Assembly (NCBI GenBank): GCA_038209745.1
Contig: JBBQXJ010000061.1
Coordinates: 1-29,063, forward strand
Source: Verrucomicrobiota bacterium
GTDB taxonomy: Bacteria > Verrucomicrobiota > Verrucomicrobiia > Limisphaerales > CANJSG01
Length of the DNA: 29,063 nt
Direction of reading: 5' to 3'
Every line of letters begins with the position of its first letter. Position 1 is the first letter of the stretch. The notes beneath the pieces are model-generated. The model saw nothing but the letters and a program-made list of their open reading frames with translations. It ran no database searches and was not told the origin of the DNA. Below, piece by piece: positions 1 through 8,562 of this stretch. Both the position numbers and the translations under genes were made by a program.

Positions 1-198
1 CGGGCTCGGTCGCTGGGGGCTTCCAGTATGACGCTCCAGGTGAACAAACAGAACCGGTCCGCCGTCGAGGTGTATCGCCGGAACGGTTTCAGGATTGCGG
101 AAGAGGCCTTGGTCGATATCGGCGGAGGGTTCGTCAAGGACGACTTCATCATGGTGAAGGATCTGGATGAGGCGAAGAGCAGGTCGGTCACTGCCTAA
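1..198 (+). CDS. GNAT family N-acetyltransferase, 3' end (truncated by window edge)
   Basis: Frame 1 reads ...MTLQVNKQNRSAVEVYRRNGFRIAEEALVDIGGGFVKDDFIMVKDL...TA* with TAA at 196-198. This matches the GNAT C-terminal pattern LxVNxxNxxAxxxYxRxGF...DIGxGFxxDDxxM. Confidence 0.8.
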   Translation, partial: RARSLGASSMTLQVNKQNRSAVEVYRRNGFRIAEEALVDIGGGFVKDDFIMVKDLDEAKSRSVTA

Positions 199-276
199 GC
201 CCCCAGGTTCCGGTGTGAAAGCTCGTCCAATTCCCCCGGTTTTGGTTAAGTTCAAGATTCAGACAATAGACCAGCC

Positions 277-3200
277 ATGCGCCGTGCAGACTCAACCCTG
301 ATTCGTTCGTTATCGACCACAGTCGGAATGCGATCGTCGCCGTTCAGTCGGATCGTCGGTGCCTTGGGGCTGGTCTTTTTGTCCATTGGGACGGTAACCT
401 CCTATGCGGCCGAGCCGACGAAGCTCGACTTCAACCGTGACGTGAGGCCGATCCTTTCCGATCGCTGCTTTTCCTGTCATGGCCCCGACTCCGCCAGCCG
501 CAAGGGCAAGCTGCGGCTCGATACTCCGGATGGCGCGCACAAGCTGCTGGACGACGGTTGGGCGGTGGTGAAGCCGGGTGATCCAGCCAAGAGCGAAGTG
601 GTGCGTCGAATCTTCACCGACGACGAGGACGACTTGATGCCGCCGCCGAAGTCTAACTTGAAGCTGCTGCCGGCCGAGAAGCAGGTGCTGAAGCGCTGGA
701 TCGCCGAGGGTGGCGAATACAAACCCCACTGGTCGTTCATTCCGGTCGAGGCGGTGGCGGTTCCCGGCGATGGCACGTCCAACCCGATCGACGCCTTCGT
801 CCGCGCTCGATTGGCTAAACTGGGGCTGCATACTTCCTTGCTTGCGGATCCGGCGACGCTCCTGCGCCGATTGGCGCTCGGGCTGACCGGGCTGCCTCCG
901 ACTTCGGCCGAGGTGGAGGCGTTCCTCAAGTACTCCGGGCCGGACGCATACCCGAAGGCGGTGGAGAGCTATCTGTCCTCGCCCGCGTATGGCGAACGGA
1001 TGGCGATGGACTGGCTGGATCTGGCCCGGTTCTCCGACACCTACGGCTACCAGGCGGACGTCTATCGCGACATGTCGCCGTGGCGGGACTGGGTGATCTC
1101 CGCCTTCAACCGGAACCTGCCCTACGACCAGTTCCTCATCTGGCAGCTCGCGGGCGATCTGCTGCCGAATGCGACCGATGAGCAGCGGTTGGCGACCGCC
1201 TTTAACCGGCTCCATCGCCAGACCAACGAGGGCGGCAGCATCGACGAAGAATTCCGCACGGAGTACTGCATGGACCGCGTCAACACCGTGGGCACGGCGA
1301 TGCTCGGGCTGACCATTGAATGCGCCCGTTGCCACGACCACAAATACGATCCGATCACCCAGCGCGACTATTACTCGCTCTTCGCCTTCTTCAACAGCAT
1401 CGACGAGTCGGGCATGTATGCGCACTTCACTCGGGCCACGCCGTCGCCGGCCCTGCCTTTGTGGAAGAAGGACCAGTCGGCGGCGCGGGCGGAACTGGCC
1501 CTGCGCCGGATCCAAGCCGAGACCGTCATGGCCAAGGCCGAAGTCTCGGCGCAGCGCGACTTCCGCAAGTGGCTGAAGTCCGCGCCGGCGATCGTCCCAC
1601 CGTCGCCCATTGCCCGCTTCGCCTTCGACACGGTGACCAATGGCGCCACGCCCAACGCACTCGGCACGAACGTCGCCACCTTGTCCGATGGACCGGAACC
1701 GGTGGCGGGACACGCGGGTCAGGCCCTTCGTTTCAGTGGCGACAATTCCGTGACCTGCACGGGAGAGGGGCATTTCGGGCGCACCGACACCTTCAGCCTG
1801 AGCCTGTGGGTGAAGCCGGCCACGGTGCAGGACCGCGCCGTCATCGCACACCATTCCCAGGCGGCCGAGGACGCCGGGCGGCGCGGCTACGAGGTCCTGC
1901 TGGAACACGGGAAGCCCTTCTTCGGACTCAGCCATTTCTGGCCGGGCAATGCCGTGGCCGTGCGGGCGAAGTCCGCTTTGCCGACCAACGAGTGGTCGTT
2001 GGTGACGGTGACCTATGACGGCTCCAGCACCGCCGCCGGACTGCGGATCTACCGCGACGGGGTGTCTCTGGAGACCGAGACCGTTCGCGACCATCTGACC
2101 AAGGACATCCAATACCGGAAGGAATGGGGCGACGCGATGGTCGGCCAGATCTCGCTCATGCTCGGCGCCCGCTTCCGTGACAGCGGCTTCAAGGATGGCA
2201 TGATCGACGATCTCCAAATCTTCAACCAGTGCCTGACCGGACCCGAAGTGGCTGCCTTGGGCAGGGCGAACGCTCCCGCCGAGCCGTCCGGAGGATTGGC
2301 TGACGACAGTGCGGCGAAAGCGGCAGCAGAACGGAGCCAAGGAGTCGCCGGTGTTGCTGCTCGTTCCACCGATCGCAACAGAGCGGCTCGGCGCGAGCCG
2401 TCGTCCTATCCATCCGATCTGTTCCGTCACTTCCTCGTTCGGGACGACGCCTCCTACCGCTCTGCGTTGGCCGAGCTCCAGTCCGTCCGTATCGCCGAGA
2501 ACAACCTGATCAACGACGTGCCGGAGATCATGGTCATGGAGGAAACCGCCCGGCCGCGACCGGCGTTCGTGCTCAATCGCGGCGCCTACGACGCGCCCGG
2601 TGCCCCCGTCCAGCGCGACACGCCGGCCGCCATTCTGGCGTTTCCAGGCGACCTTCCGCGCGACCGCCTCGGGCTGGCCCGCTGGATGGTTGACCGCCGC
2701 AATCCGCTGCCTTCGCGGGTCGTGGTGAACCGTATCTGGAAGCAGCATTTCGGCACGGGCCTCGTGGCCACCCCGGAGAATTTCGGAACCCAGGGAGCCG
2801 TGCCGTCCGAGCCCGAGCTGCTCGACTGGTTGGCGGACTGGTTCATGGACCACGGATGGGACGTGAAGGCGCTCCATCGATTGATCCTTTCTTCCCAGAC
2901 TTTCCAGCAAACCTCCGTCGCTTCGCCGGAATTGATGGAGCGCGATCCGGACAATCGTTTCTTGGCCCGTGGACCCAAGCACCGTCTCCAAGCCGAGGAA
3001 ATCCGGGACGCCGCCCTCAAGGCCAGCGGTCTCCTCAACACAAAGGTGGGAGGTCCGAGCGTGAAGCCCTATCAACCCGCCGGCCTCTGGGAAGCTTCCG
3101 GAACCGGCGCCAGCTACAGCCAGGACCACGGCGACGCGCTCTACCGCCGGAGCCTCTACACCTACTGGAAACGCACCGCGCCACCGCCCGCCATGCTCAC

Positions 3201-3600
3201 CTTCGACGCCGTGACCCGTGAGGTTTGCACGGCCAAACGCGAGGTCACCACGACGCCGCTCCAGGCCTTGGTCCTGCTGAACGATCCGCAGTTCGTCGAG
3301 GCGAGCCGCGTCCTGGCCGAGCATCTCCTCAGAGCATTCCCGAAAAAGGAGGACGAGCGTGCTCGCGGCGCCTTCCTGGCCTTGATCGGGCGGTATCCGG
3401 ACGCGGCCGAGCTCGGTGTGCTTGGGCAACTGTTCTCGGAACAGCGGGCCCTGTTTGCGAAGGACACCGCCAGTGCCAAAAAATTGCTCGAGGTCGGCGA
3501 ATCAAAGGGTTCCAGCGAACTGGATCCGGCCGATTTCGCGGCCACCACCCTGCTGGTCAGCGCGGTGATGAACTTCGATGAATTCCTGATGAAGCGGTGA
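277..3600 (+). CDS. Planctomycete-type cytochrome c (PSCyt1) + DUF1549 + LamG-like + DUF1553 domain protein
   Basis: Signal peptide (alternative ATG at 328); DFNRDVRPILSDRCFSCHGPD heme motif (466-480); NPIDAFV, YGERMAMDWLDLARFSDT and CARCHDHKYDPI (1321-1335) of DUF1549; LamG-like FSLSLWVK...VTYDGS...IDDLQIFN; RLGLARW, VNRIWKQHFG, RRSLYTYWKR and TPLQALVLLND of DUF1553. Confidence 0.93.
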   Translation: MRRADSTLIRSLSTTVGMRSSPFSRIVGALGLVFLSIGTVTSYAAEPTKLDFNRDVRPILSDRCFSCHGPDSASRKGKLRLDTPDGAHKLLDDGWAVVKPGDPAKSEVVRRIFTDDEDDLMPPPKSNLKLLPAEKQVLKRWIAEGGEYKPHWSFIPVEAVAVPGDGTSNPIDAFVRARLAKLGLHTSLLADPATLLRRLALGLTGLPPTSAEVEAFLKYSGPDAYPKAVESYLSSPAYGERMAMDWLDLARFSDTYGYQADVYRDMSPWRDWVISAFNRNLPYDQFLIWQLAGDLLPNATDEQRLATAFNRLHRQTNEGGSIDEEFRTEYCMDRVNTVGTAMLGLTIECARCHDHKYDPITQRDYYSLFAFFNSIDESGMYAHFTRATPSPALPLWKKDQSAARAELALRRIQAETVMAKAEVSAQRDFRKWLKSAPAIVPPSPIARFAFDTVTNGATPNALGTNVATLSDGPEPVAGHAGQALRFSGDNSVTCTGEGHFGRTDTFSLSLWVKPATVQDRAVIAHHSQAAEDAGRRGYEVLLEHGKPFFGLSHFWPGNAVAVRAKSALPTNEWSLVTVTYDGSSTAAGLRIYRDGVSLETETVRDHLTKDIQYRKEWGDAMVGQISLMLGARFRDSGFKDGMIDDLQIFNQCLTGPEVAALGRANAPAEPSGGLADDSAAKAAAERSQGVAGVAARSTDRNRAARREPSSYPSDLFRHFLVRDDASYRSALAELQSVRIAENNLINDVPEIMVMEETARPRPAFVLNRGAYDAPGAPVQRDTPAAILAFPGDLPRDRLGLARWMVDRRNPLPSRVVVNRIWKQHFGTGLVATPENFGTQGAVPSEPELLDWLADWFMDHGWDVKALHRLILSSQTFQQTSVASPELMERDPDNRFLARGPKHRLQAEEIRDAALKASGLLNTKVGGPSVKPYQPAGLWEASGTGASYSQDHGDALYRRSLYTYWKRTAPPPAMLTFDAVTREVCTAKREVTTTPLQALVLLNDPQFVEASRVLAEHLLRAFPKKEDERARGAFLALIGRYPDAAELGVLGQLFSEQRALFAKDTASAKKLLEVGESKGSSELDPADFAATTLLVSAVMNFDEFLMKR
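2259..2411. repeat. REP-like inverted-repeat doublet inserted in frame in the DUF1553 gene
   Basis: Left arm 2259-2287 GGGCAGGGCGAACGCTCCCGCCGAGCCGT. The right arm 2383-2411 reverse-complements to GGATAGGACGACGGCTCGCGCCGAGCCGC: 22/29 identical, with three of the mismatches G-U compatible. Span is 153 nt = 51 codons. Confidence 0.7.
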
Positions 3601-5072
3601 TGAACATGAACCACCAGATCTGCACCGGACCCTTGCCCGCCGCCGGCCTTTCGCGGCGTGCATTCCTCAATCGTTTCGGCCTCGGTCTCGGTGGCGTGGC
3701 TCTCGCGGGGATGATGAATCCGTCCGGGCTCGTCGCTGGGTCGGCTGGAACTCCCGATCTCGGCGTGCTGGGAGGGCATCTCCACCATCCCGCGAAAGCC
3801 AAGCGCGTCATCTATCTCTTCATGGCGGGCGGCCCCTCGCAGTTGGAGACCTTCGACTACAAGCCGATGCTCGCGAAACATCACGGCGAGCAGTTGCCCG
3901 ATTCCGTCCGCATGGGCCAACGCTTGACCGGCATGTCGGGCAACCAGGCGTCGTTGCCGATGGCGAAGTCCATCTTCGAGTTTGCCCAGCATGGCAAGAG
4001 CGGCGCTTGGGTCAGCGAGATCCTTCCGCACACGGCCAAGGTGGTGGACGATATGTGCATCGTACGTTCGATGTTCTCCGAGGCGATCAACCACGATCCG
4101 GCCATCACGTTTCTCCAGACCGGTTCGCAGATCTCGGGACGGCCCAGCATCGGCGCCTGGGTCCACTACGGGCTGGGCAGCGCAAATGAAAACCTGCCCG
4201 CGTTCGTCGTGCTGATCACACCGGGGAAGGTCGATCAGCCGCTCTATTCCCGCCTTTGGGGCAGCGGTTTCCTGCCATCGCGCCATCAGGGCGTGCAGTT
4301 TCGTTCGGGCAAGGAGCCGGTGCTCTACCTGAACAATCCCGACGGTGTCTCGGCGGAGAGCCGACGGCTCTTGCTCGACCGGGTCAAGGAGCTGAACGCC
4401 CACGCGGCGGACCGTCTCGGCGACACCGAGATCGACACCCGCATCGCCCAGTATGAGATGTCCTACCGGATGCAGACCAGCGTGCCGGACGTGATGGATC
4501 TGGCGAAGGAATCCGACAGCACCTTCGATCTCTACGGTCCGGACGCGAAGAAACCCGGAACCTTTGCGGCGAATTGTCTCCTGGCCCGCAAGCTGGCGGA
4601 GAAGGGCGTGAAGTTCATCCAGCTCTACCATCAAGGCTGGGATCAGCACGGGGGTCTACCGAACGGCATCAAGACCCAGTGCCGCGAGACCGACCAGGCC
4701 AGCGCCGCGTTGATCACCGACCTTAAACAGCGTGGGATGCTCGACGACACGCTGGTGGTGTGGGGCGGTGAGTTCGGCCGGACGAACTATTCGCAGGGCA
4801 AGCTGACGGCGACCGACTATGGCCGGGACCATCATCCGCGCTGCTTCACGGTCTGGATGGCGGGCGGCGGGGTGAAGCCGGGCCTCAACTACGGGTCCAC
4901 CGACGATTTCGGCTACAACATCGCGACCGACGGCGTCCACGTGCACGACTTCCACGCCACGATGCTGCATCTGCTGGGGGTAGACCACGAACGGCTGACG
5001 TACCTCTTCCAGGGCCGGCGATTCCGGCTTACCGACGTCCACGGCAAGGTGGTCAAGGCGATGCTGGCGTAG
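3597..5072 (+). CDS. DUF1501 domain-containing protein (sulfatase/alkaline-phosphatase-like fold), Tat-exported
   Basis: Twin-arginine SRRAFL plus hydrophobic stretch; AKAKRVIYLFMAGGPSQLETFDYKP, GWDQH, DTLVVWGGEFGRT, GRDHHP, HVHDFHATMLHLLG. GTGA overlap with the upstream stop. Confidence 0.93.
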   Translation: MMNMNHQICTGPLPAAGLSRRAFLNRFGLGLGGVALAGMMNPSGLVAGSAGTPDLGVLGGHLHHPAKAKRVIYLFMAGGPSQLETFDYKPMLAKHHGEQLPDSVRMGQRLTGMSGNQASLPMAKSIFEFAQHGKSGAWVSEILPHTAKVVDDMCIVRSMFSEAINHDPAITFLQTGSQISGRPSIGAWVHYGLGSANENLPAFVVLITPGKVDQPLYSRLWGSGFLPSRHQGVQFRSGKEPVLYLNNPDGVSAESRRLLLDRVKELNAHAADRLGDTEIDTRIAQYEMSYRMQTSVPDVMDLAKESDSTFDLYGPDAKKPGTFAANCLLARKLAEKGVKFIQLYHQGWDQHGGLPNGIKTQCRETDQASAALITDLKQRGMLDDTLVVWGGEFGRTNYSQGKLTATDYGRDHHPRCFTVWMAGGGVKPGLNYGSTDDFGYNIATDGVHVHDFHATMLHLLGVDHERLTYLFQGRRFRLTDVHGKVVKAMLA

Positions 5073-5082
5073 GAGTGCAACC

Positions 5083-5172
5083 GTAGAGCGGAGCATTGCT
5101 CCGCAGCAGGCCACGGTCGCAGCAGGGCGCGAAGCACATGGCGCGGGTTTGGGGAGGGATGCTCCGCCCCGG
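5083..5172. repeat. GTAG-type REP palindrome with degenerate inverted partner between convergent genes
   Basis: GTAG-A-GCGGAGC-ATT-GCTCCGC at 5083-5104. A decayed inverted copy GGGGAGGGATGCTCCGCCCC lies at 5151-5170. May also act as a bidirectional 3'-end structure. Confidence 0.55.
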
Positions 5173-5184
5173 ATCGGCGATCTC

Positions 5185-6174
5185 CTACTCGGGCTTCTTC
5201 ACCGAGGGCCAGGCATCCTTCGTCCAGTAGAGCGGGGCGAGGGCGAGCTGGGAGCGGCCGCGCCGTTCGGCGTCGTAGTAGTGGTAGCTGAACCAGTCCG
5301 CGTTCTCTCGCTGGAAGAAGGCCATGTGGCCCGGTCCGATGAAGCGGCCAGACGATTCGAGAAACGGAGTGCCGCCACCTTCGACCAGATCCGCGCCGTC
5401 GCGATCAAGATACGGGCCGGTGATGGAACGGCTCCGCCCAACGCGGACCTCGTAGGTGCTGTTGGTGCCGCGACAGCAACGGCCCCAGTTGACGAAGAGG
5501 AAGTAGTCGTCGCCGTGGCGCTGAAGGGCGGCGGCTTCGATGGACTCGTTCCAAGCGAGACGATGGATGGGGGAATCTGCAGCCAAGCGGAGGCCCGTCT
5601 TGGGATCCAGTTCCGTGATGAAGATCCCTTTCCAGAACGAACCCCACGCCAGCCAGAGCTTGCCGTCCCGGTCCAGGGCGACGGCGGGATCGATGGCGTT
5701 GAAGGGAAGCCCGTGGGTCGATTGGATGACCGGGCCGCGATCGGTCCATTGGAAGTCGGGGGAGGCGGGATCGAGCGTGGGGTTGGTGGTGAGGCCGATG
5801 GCGGAGACCTGTTTCCCGAAGGTCGAGACCGAGTAATAGAGATGATAGACCCCACCGAGTCGGATGACATCCGGGGCCCAAGCATGGCCTCGATAGCCGG
5901 GGACGGCATTGGTGGTCCAGACGGGCGGGGGATTGAAGACCGGGGCGCCGTGGGTCCAGTGCAGCAGGTCGGGCGAGAATTTGGTGACGATGCCGGGCCC
6001 GGTGCCGAAGATGTAGTAATGGCCATCCTGCTGGAGAATTGTCGACGGGTCATGGATGGCGGTTTCGCCCTCAAGGACCGTTGGTTCCAGTTGGGCCGCC
6101 TGAGCCGTGGTCGCAAGAGCGATGCAAGCGGCCCAAGCAGCCAGGATCTGGGAACGGTTTCGGCGGGGCTTCAT
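5185..6174 (-). CDS. GH43 endo-1,5-alpha-L-arabinanase-like glycoside hydrolase, secreted
   Basis: Start reassigned to the ATG at 6174 (MKPRRNRSQILAAWAACIALATTAQA signal peptide). GH43 motifs IHDPS (base Asp), AWAPDV, NAIDP (pKa modulator), WGSFWKGI, SIEAA (acid Glu), WGRCCRGTNSTY, GPGH. Confidence 0.9.
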   Translation of the reverse strand: MKPRRNRSQILAAWAACIALATTAQAAQLEPTVLEGETAIHDPSTILQQDGHYYIFGTGPGIVTKFSPDLLHWTHGAPVFNPPPVWTTNAVPGYRGHAWAPDVIRLGGVYHLYYSVSTFGKQVSAIGLTTNPTLDPASPDFQWTDRGPVIQSTHGLPFNAIDPAVALDRDGKLWLAWGSFWKGIFITELDPKTGLRLAADSPIHRLAWNESIEAAALQRHGDDYFLFVNWGRCCRGTNSTYEVRVGRSRSITGPYLDRDGADLVEGGGTPFLESSGRFIGPGHMAFFQRENADWFSYHYYDAERRGRSQLALAPLYWTKDAWPSVKKPE

Positions 6175-6281
6175 GGCTCTGAAGACTCGGCCAAGGCGCC
6201 TCTTGTGACGAGAGGATTGGAGATCAAAGGCGCTGGCCTGTCTCCCCTTGATCGCATCCGAGCGAAGCGATGGACGGAGGT

Positions 6282-6331
6282 GTAGCGGCGATCGGGACGC
6301 CTGCCTTGGAGGGCCGGCGTCTCGCCGCCCG
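6282..6331. repeat. Degenerate GTAG-type REP-like palindromic element
   Basis: Begins GTAGCGGCG. GCGGCGA (6285-6291) is the reverse complement of TCGCCGC (6322-6328). Internal palindrome GGGC(C)GGCG-TCT-CGCCGCCC. Confidence 0.4.
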
Positions 6332-6484
6332 TGTGAAACGCCGCGTCGGCTCAAGGATCGCTGTCGCCTGGTGAAAGGCTTGATCCGGCGGGCTGGAAGG
6401 CTCGGCTTTGCAACAGGCGGATCGCGCGATTGCAACTCGATTCGTCGTTTCGCCAACTTTCGCATCGGTTTGGTTAATGAGTTC

Positions 6485-6800
6485 GGTTCCTCGCTGTTTT
6501 CGATGGGTAGCCGGCGGGAGCGTGGCAGGCAGGAGGGATGACACCTGAGCAAATGTTTCACAAACTCCTCGGATTGGGCCCGCAGTGGCGGGTGACGCGC
6601 TGCGAGCATGCGCTGAAGGACGCCACCGCGAGGGCAGCGCCCGATGGACGGCAAAGTTTACGGGGTCACGTCGCCGTGGGAGGGCCTGGCCTAGCACTTC
6701 ACGCAGGGCTTCGAGGCGGTGGTGCTGCTGTTCCTGCGCCAGATGCCGGTGGCGGCGGTGTGGCGCGGCCTATCGGCGAGACCGACACGCGGTTGTTGGA
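6485..6800 (+). mobile_element. ISL3-family insertion sequence remnant: left end plus fragmented transposase 5' part
   Basis: Candidate left IR GGTTCCTCGCTGTTTTCGATGGG (6485-6507). AGGAGG then ATG 6538 MTPEQMFHKLLGLGPQWRVTRCE. A second frame gives GKVYGVTSPWEGLA*HFTQGFEAVVLLFLRQMPVAAV (TAG 6692-6694), then a shift to IGETDTRL. These are ISL3 N-terminal/HTH motifs with a deletion, a stop and frameshifts. No DDE region or right end seen. Confidence 0.75.
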
Positions 6801-7020
6801 GACGCTGCCGTGGAATCTCCCCGCCTTGGGTGTGGCTGAAACCGGTGGGCCGGACCCTGCCGGGGAGATCGCCCCGGAGCCGGAGGACACGGCCGCCGGA
6901 ACGGCTCCGCCGCCTGCGCCGGACACCGGGGCGTCAGACAATGCGGTGCATGCTTCTGGAAGACTCGTCAAACAGCCAATGCGTTGAACAAAGCATCCTT
7001 GGCGTCGAGGTGGTAATGAA

Positions 7021-7211
7021 TAGTGATTTTGGCTGCTATATAATATTAACTAAAACTGTAGCCACCAGGAAGGGTGAAGACGCTCTCGTTGGATCTGAGG
7101 GAAAGGATCGTGTCGGCCTGTGATGAGCGGCCAGGGACGCGGCAGGAGGTTGCCCGGCGCTTCCGGGTGTCGCTGGGCATGGTGAAGAAGCTCCTGCAAC
7201 ACCACACTTAG
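7021..7211 (+). mobile_element. IS630-family remnant: left end and truncated HTH of transposase
   Basis: AT-rich end starting TAGTGATTTT at 7021 (IS630 elements target TA). GTG 7074 to TAG 7211 encodes MKTLSLDLRERIVSACDERPGTRQEVARRFRVSLGMVKKLLQHHT, matching the IS630 N-terminal SLDLRERIV...ARRFxVS helix-turn-helix. Confidence 0.8.
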
Positions 7212-7221
7212 GGACTTTTGT

Positions 7222-8394
7222 TCAAGGAATCGGCACCAGAACCTCCACGTTCTTGAACCACACTTCGCAGTCTTGGCCGCCGTGGACCTGGAGCGCCAGG
7301 TTGCCTTCTTTGCGGCCGGGATCGTTTTCGATGCGGGAGACTTTCTGGCCGTTGACCTCGGTTTCGATGCGGCCGCCGAGAGCGTGCACCACCATGGTGT
7401 TCCATTGGCCGGGCTTGAACCACTTCTTCACCTCCTCGGCCGTCGGCTGGGCGACCCACGAACGGCCGTTGGTTTCGTAGATGCCGCCGACGTCCTGGAC
7501 GGGATCGATCTCGGCTTGGAAGCCAGTGACTCCGCTGAATCCGGTCTCTGCGATGCGGAAGTAGAGGCCGCTGTTGCCCTTCACCGACTTGAAGTTCACC
7601 CGGGCTGTGAAGTCGTCGTAGCTGCGGTCGGTGACGAGGTGGCCGAAGTCGCTCTGCGAGGCGGAGTGGCGGCCGACGAGGGCGCCATCGGAGTAGGTCC
7701 AAGCACCTTGGCCGATCTTGTGCCAACCGTTCAGCGTTTTGCCGTCGAGCAGGGGTTTCCATGCGTGGCGACCGAGATCGGCGAGGCGGATGTTGCGATA
7801 CTCGACGTGGACGTCTTGGCCGGCGTGGACCTGGAGGGCAATGATTCCTTCGAGGCTTTCGGCATCGAGGTAGTCGGTGGCGGGCACGCCGTTGACCCAG
7901 GAGCGGAGATGGTCGCCGATGGCTTCGATGCGGTAGTGGTTCCATTGGCCGACCTTGAAGGCCTGTTGGGCGGCGGGGTTGTTGGTCAGCGGTTGGAGCC
8001 AGCCGCGTCCGCCTTGTTCGTAGAGGCCGCCGGACCAGGCGCGTTTGCTGGGGTCGACTTCGATCTGATAGCCGACCATGACGTCCTGGGCGTCGATGTG
8101 GCTGCGGATCTGGATGCCGGCGTTCCCGGTGTCGATCTTGACGTCGAGTTCGAGGCGAAAGTCGCCATAGGTGCGGGAGGTGCAGAGCCAGCCGTGACCG
8201 CCTTTGCCGGTTTCGCCGACAATGACGCCATCGCGGATGGAATACTTGGCTTGGCCCCGGAGGTCCCAGCCGGTCCAGTCCTTGCCATTGAAAACGAGCT
8301 GCAATGAGGCTTCGGGTTCCGCTGCTTGGCCGGAGGTGCAGAGGATGAGAGCTCCAAGAGCCGCGAGAGGGAAGAGTCGATGGATACAGTTCAT
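7222..8394 (-). CDS. Tandem DUF1080 (3-keto-disaccharide hydrolase-like) secreted protein
   Basis: Signal peptide and two domains: VFNGKDWTGW...YGDFRL...NAGIQIRS...GYQIE...GQWNHYRI...GIIALQVH...YRNIRL and LLDGKTLNGW...YDDF...GNSGLYFR...GFQAEI...GQWNTM...GNLALQVH...FKNVEV. ATG 8394 preferred over TTG 8406. Confidence 0.9.
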   Translation of the reverse strand: MNCIHRLFPLAALGALILCTSGQAAEPEASLQLVFNGKDWTGWDLRGQAKYSIRDGVIVGETGKGGHGWLCTSRTYGDFRLELDVKIDTGNAGIQIRSHIDAQDVMVGYQIEVDPSKRAWSGGLYEQGGRGWLQPLTNNPAAQQAFKVGQWNHYRIEAIGDHLRSWVNGVPATDYLDAESLEGIIALQVHAGQDVHVEYRNIRLADLGRHAWKPLLDGKTLNGWHKIGQGAWTYSDGALVGRHSASQSDFGHLVTDRSYDDFTARVNFKSVKGNSGLYFRIAETGFSGVTGFQAEIDPVQDVGGIYETNGRSWVAQPTAEEVKKWFKPGQWNTMVVHALGGRIETEVNGQKVSRIENDPGRKEGNLALQVHGGQDCEVWFKNVEVLVPIP

Positions 8395-8520
8395 GGAGAT
8401 GCTCAACCTTCGCTACACCGGGAGGACAGGCACAACCCTCCATTCAGGGTAGTGCGGTGAGCAGACATCGGCTTTGAAGGAAACCGATTCAAAAAAATCC
8501 TGCGATGAAGGAAAATACTT

Positions 8521-8547
8521 TGAACCAATCGCGGGTGCCGGACGACT
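8521..8547 (+). promoter_or_regulatory. Candidate ECF sigma-dependent (autoregulatory) promoter
   Basis: TGAACC (8521-8526) and CGACT (8543-8547) give an AAC-N17-CGAC arrangement typical of ECF promoters, immediately upstream of the ECF gene. Confidence 0.45.
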
Positions 8548-8562
8548 TGGATTGCGATCATT

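Noticed and set aside
310..3429. 1039-aa antisense ORF
   Set aside because: Shadow of the DUF1553 gene caused by high GC3 codon bias; no recognisable motifs.
6175..6654. 160-aa N-terminal extension of the GH43 ORF
   Set aside because: It runs through a REP-like element and the ISL3 end; a proper signal peptide starts at ATG 6174.
6538..6987. 149-aa ORF as a real hypothetical protein
   Set aside because: Chimera of ISL3 fragments in shifting frames plus low-complexity sequence.
5149..8443. Alternative-frame ORFs overlapping GH43 and DUF1080 (5149-6285, 7208-8443, 7273-8307)
   Set aside because: They overlap well-supported genes and lack motifs.
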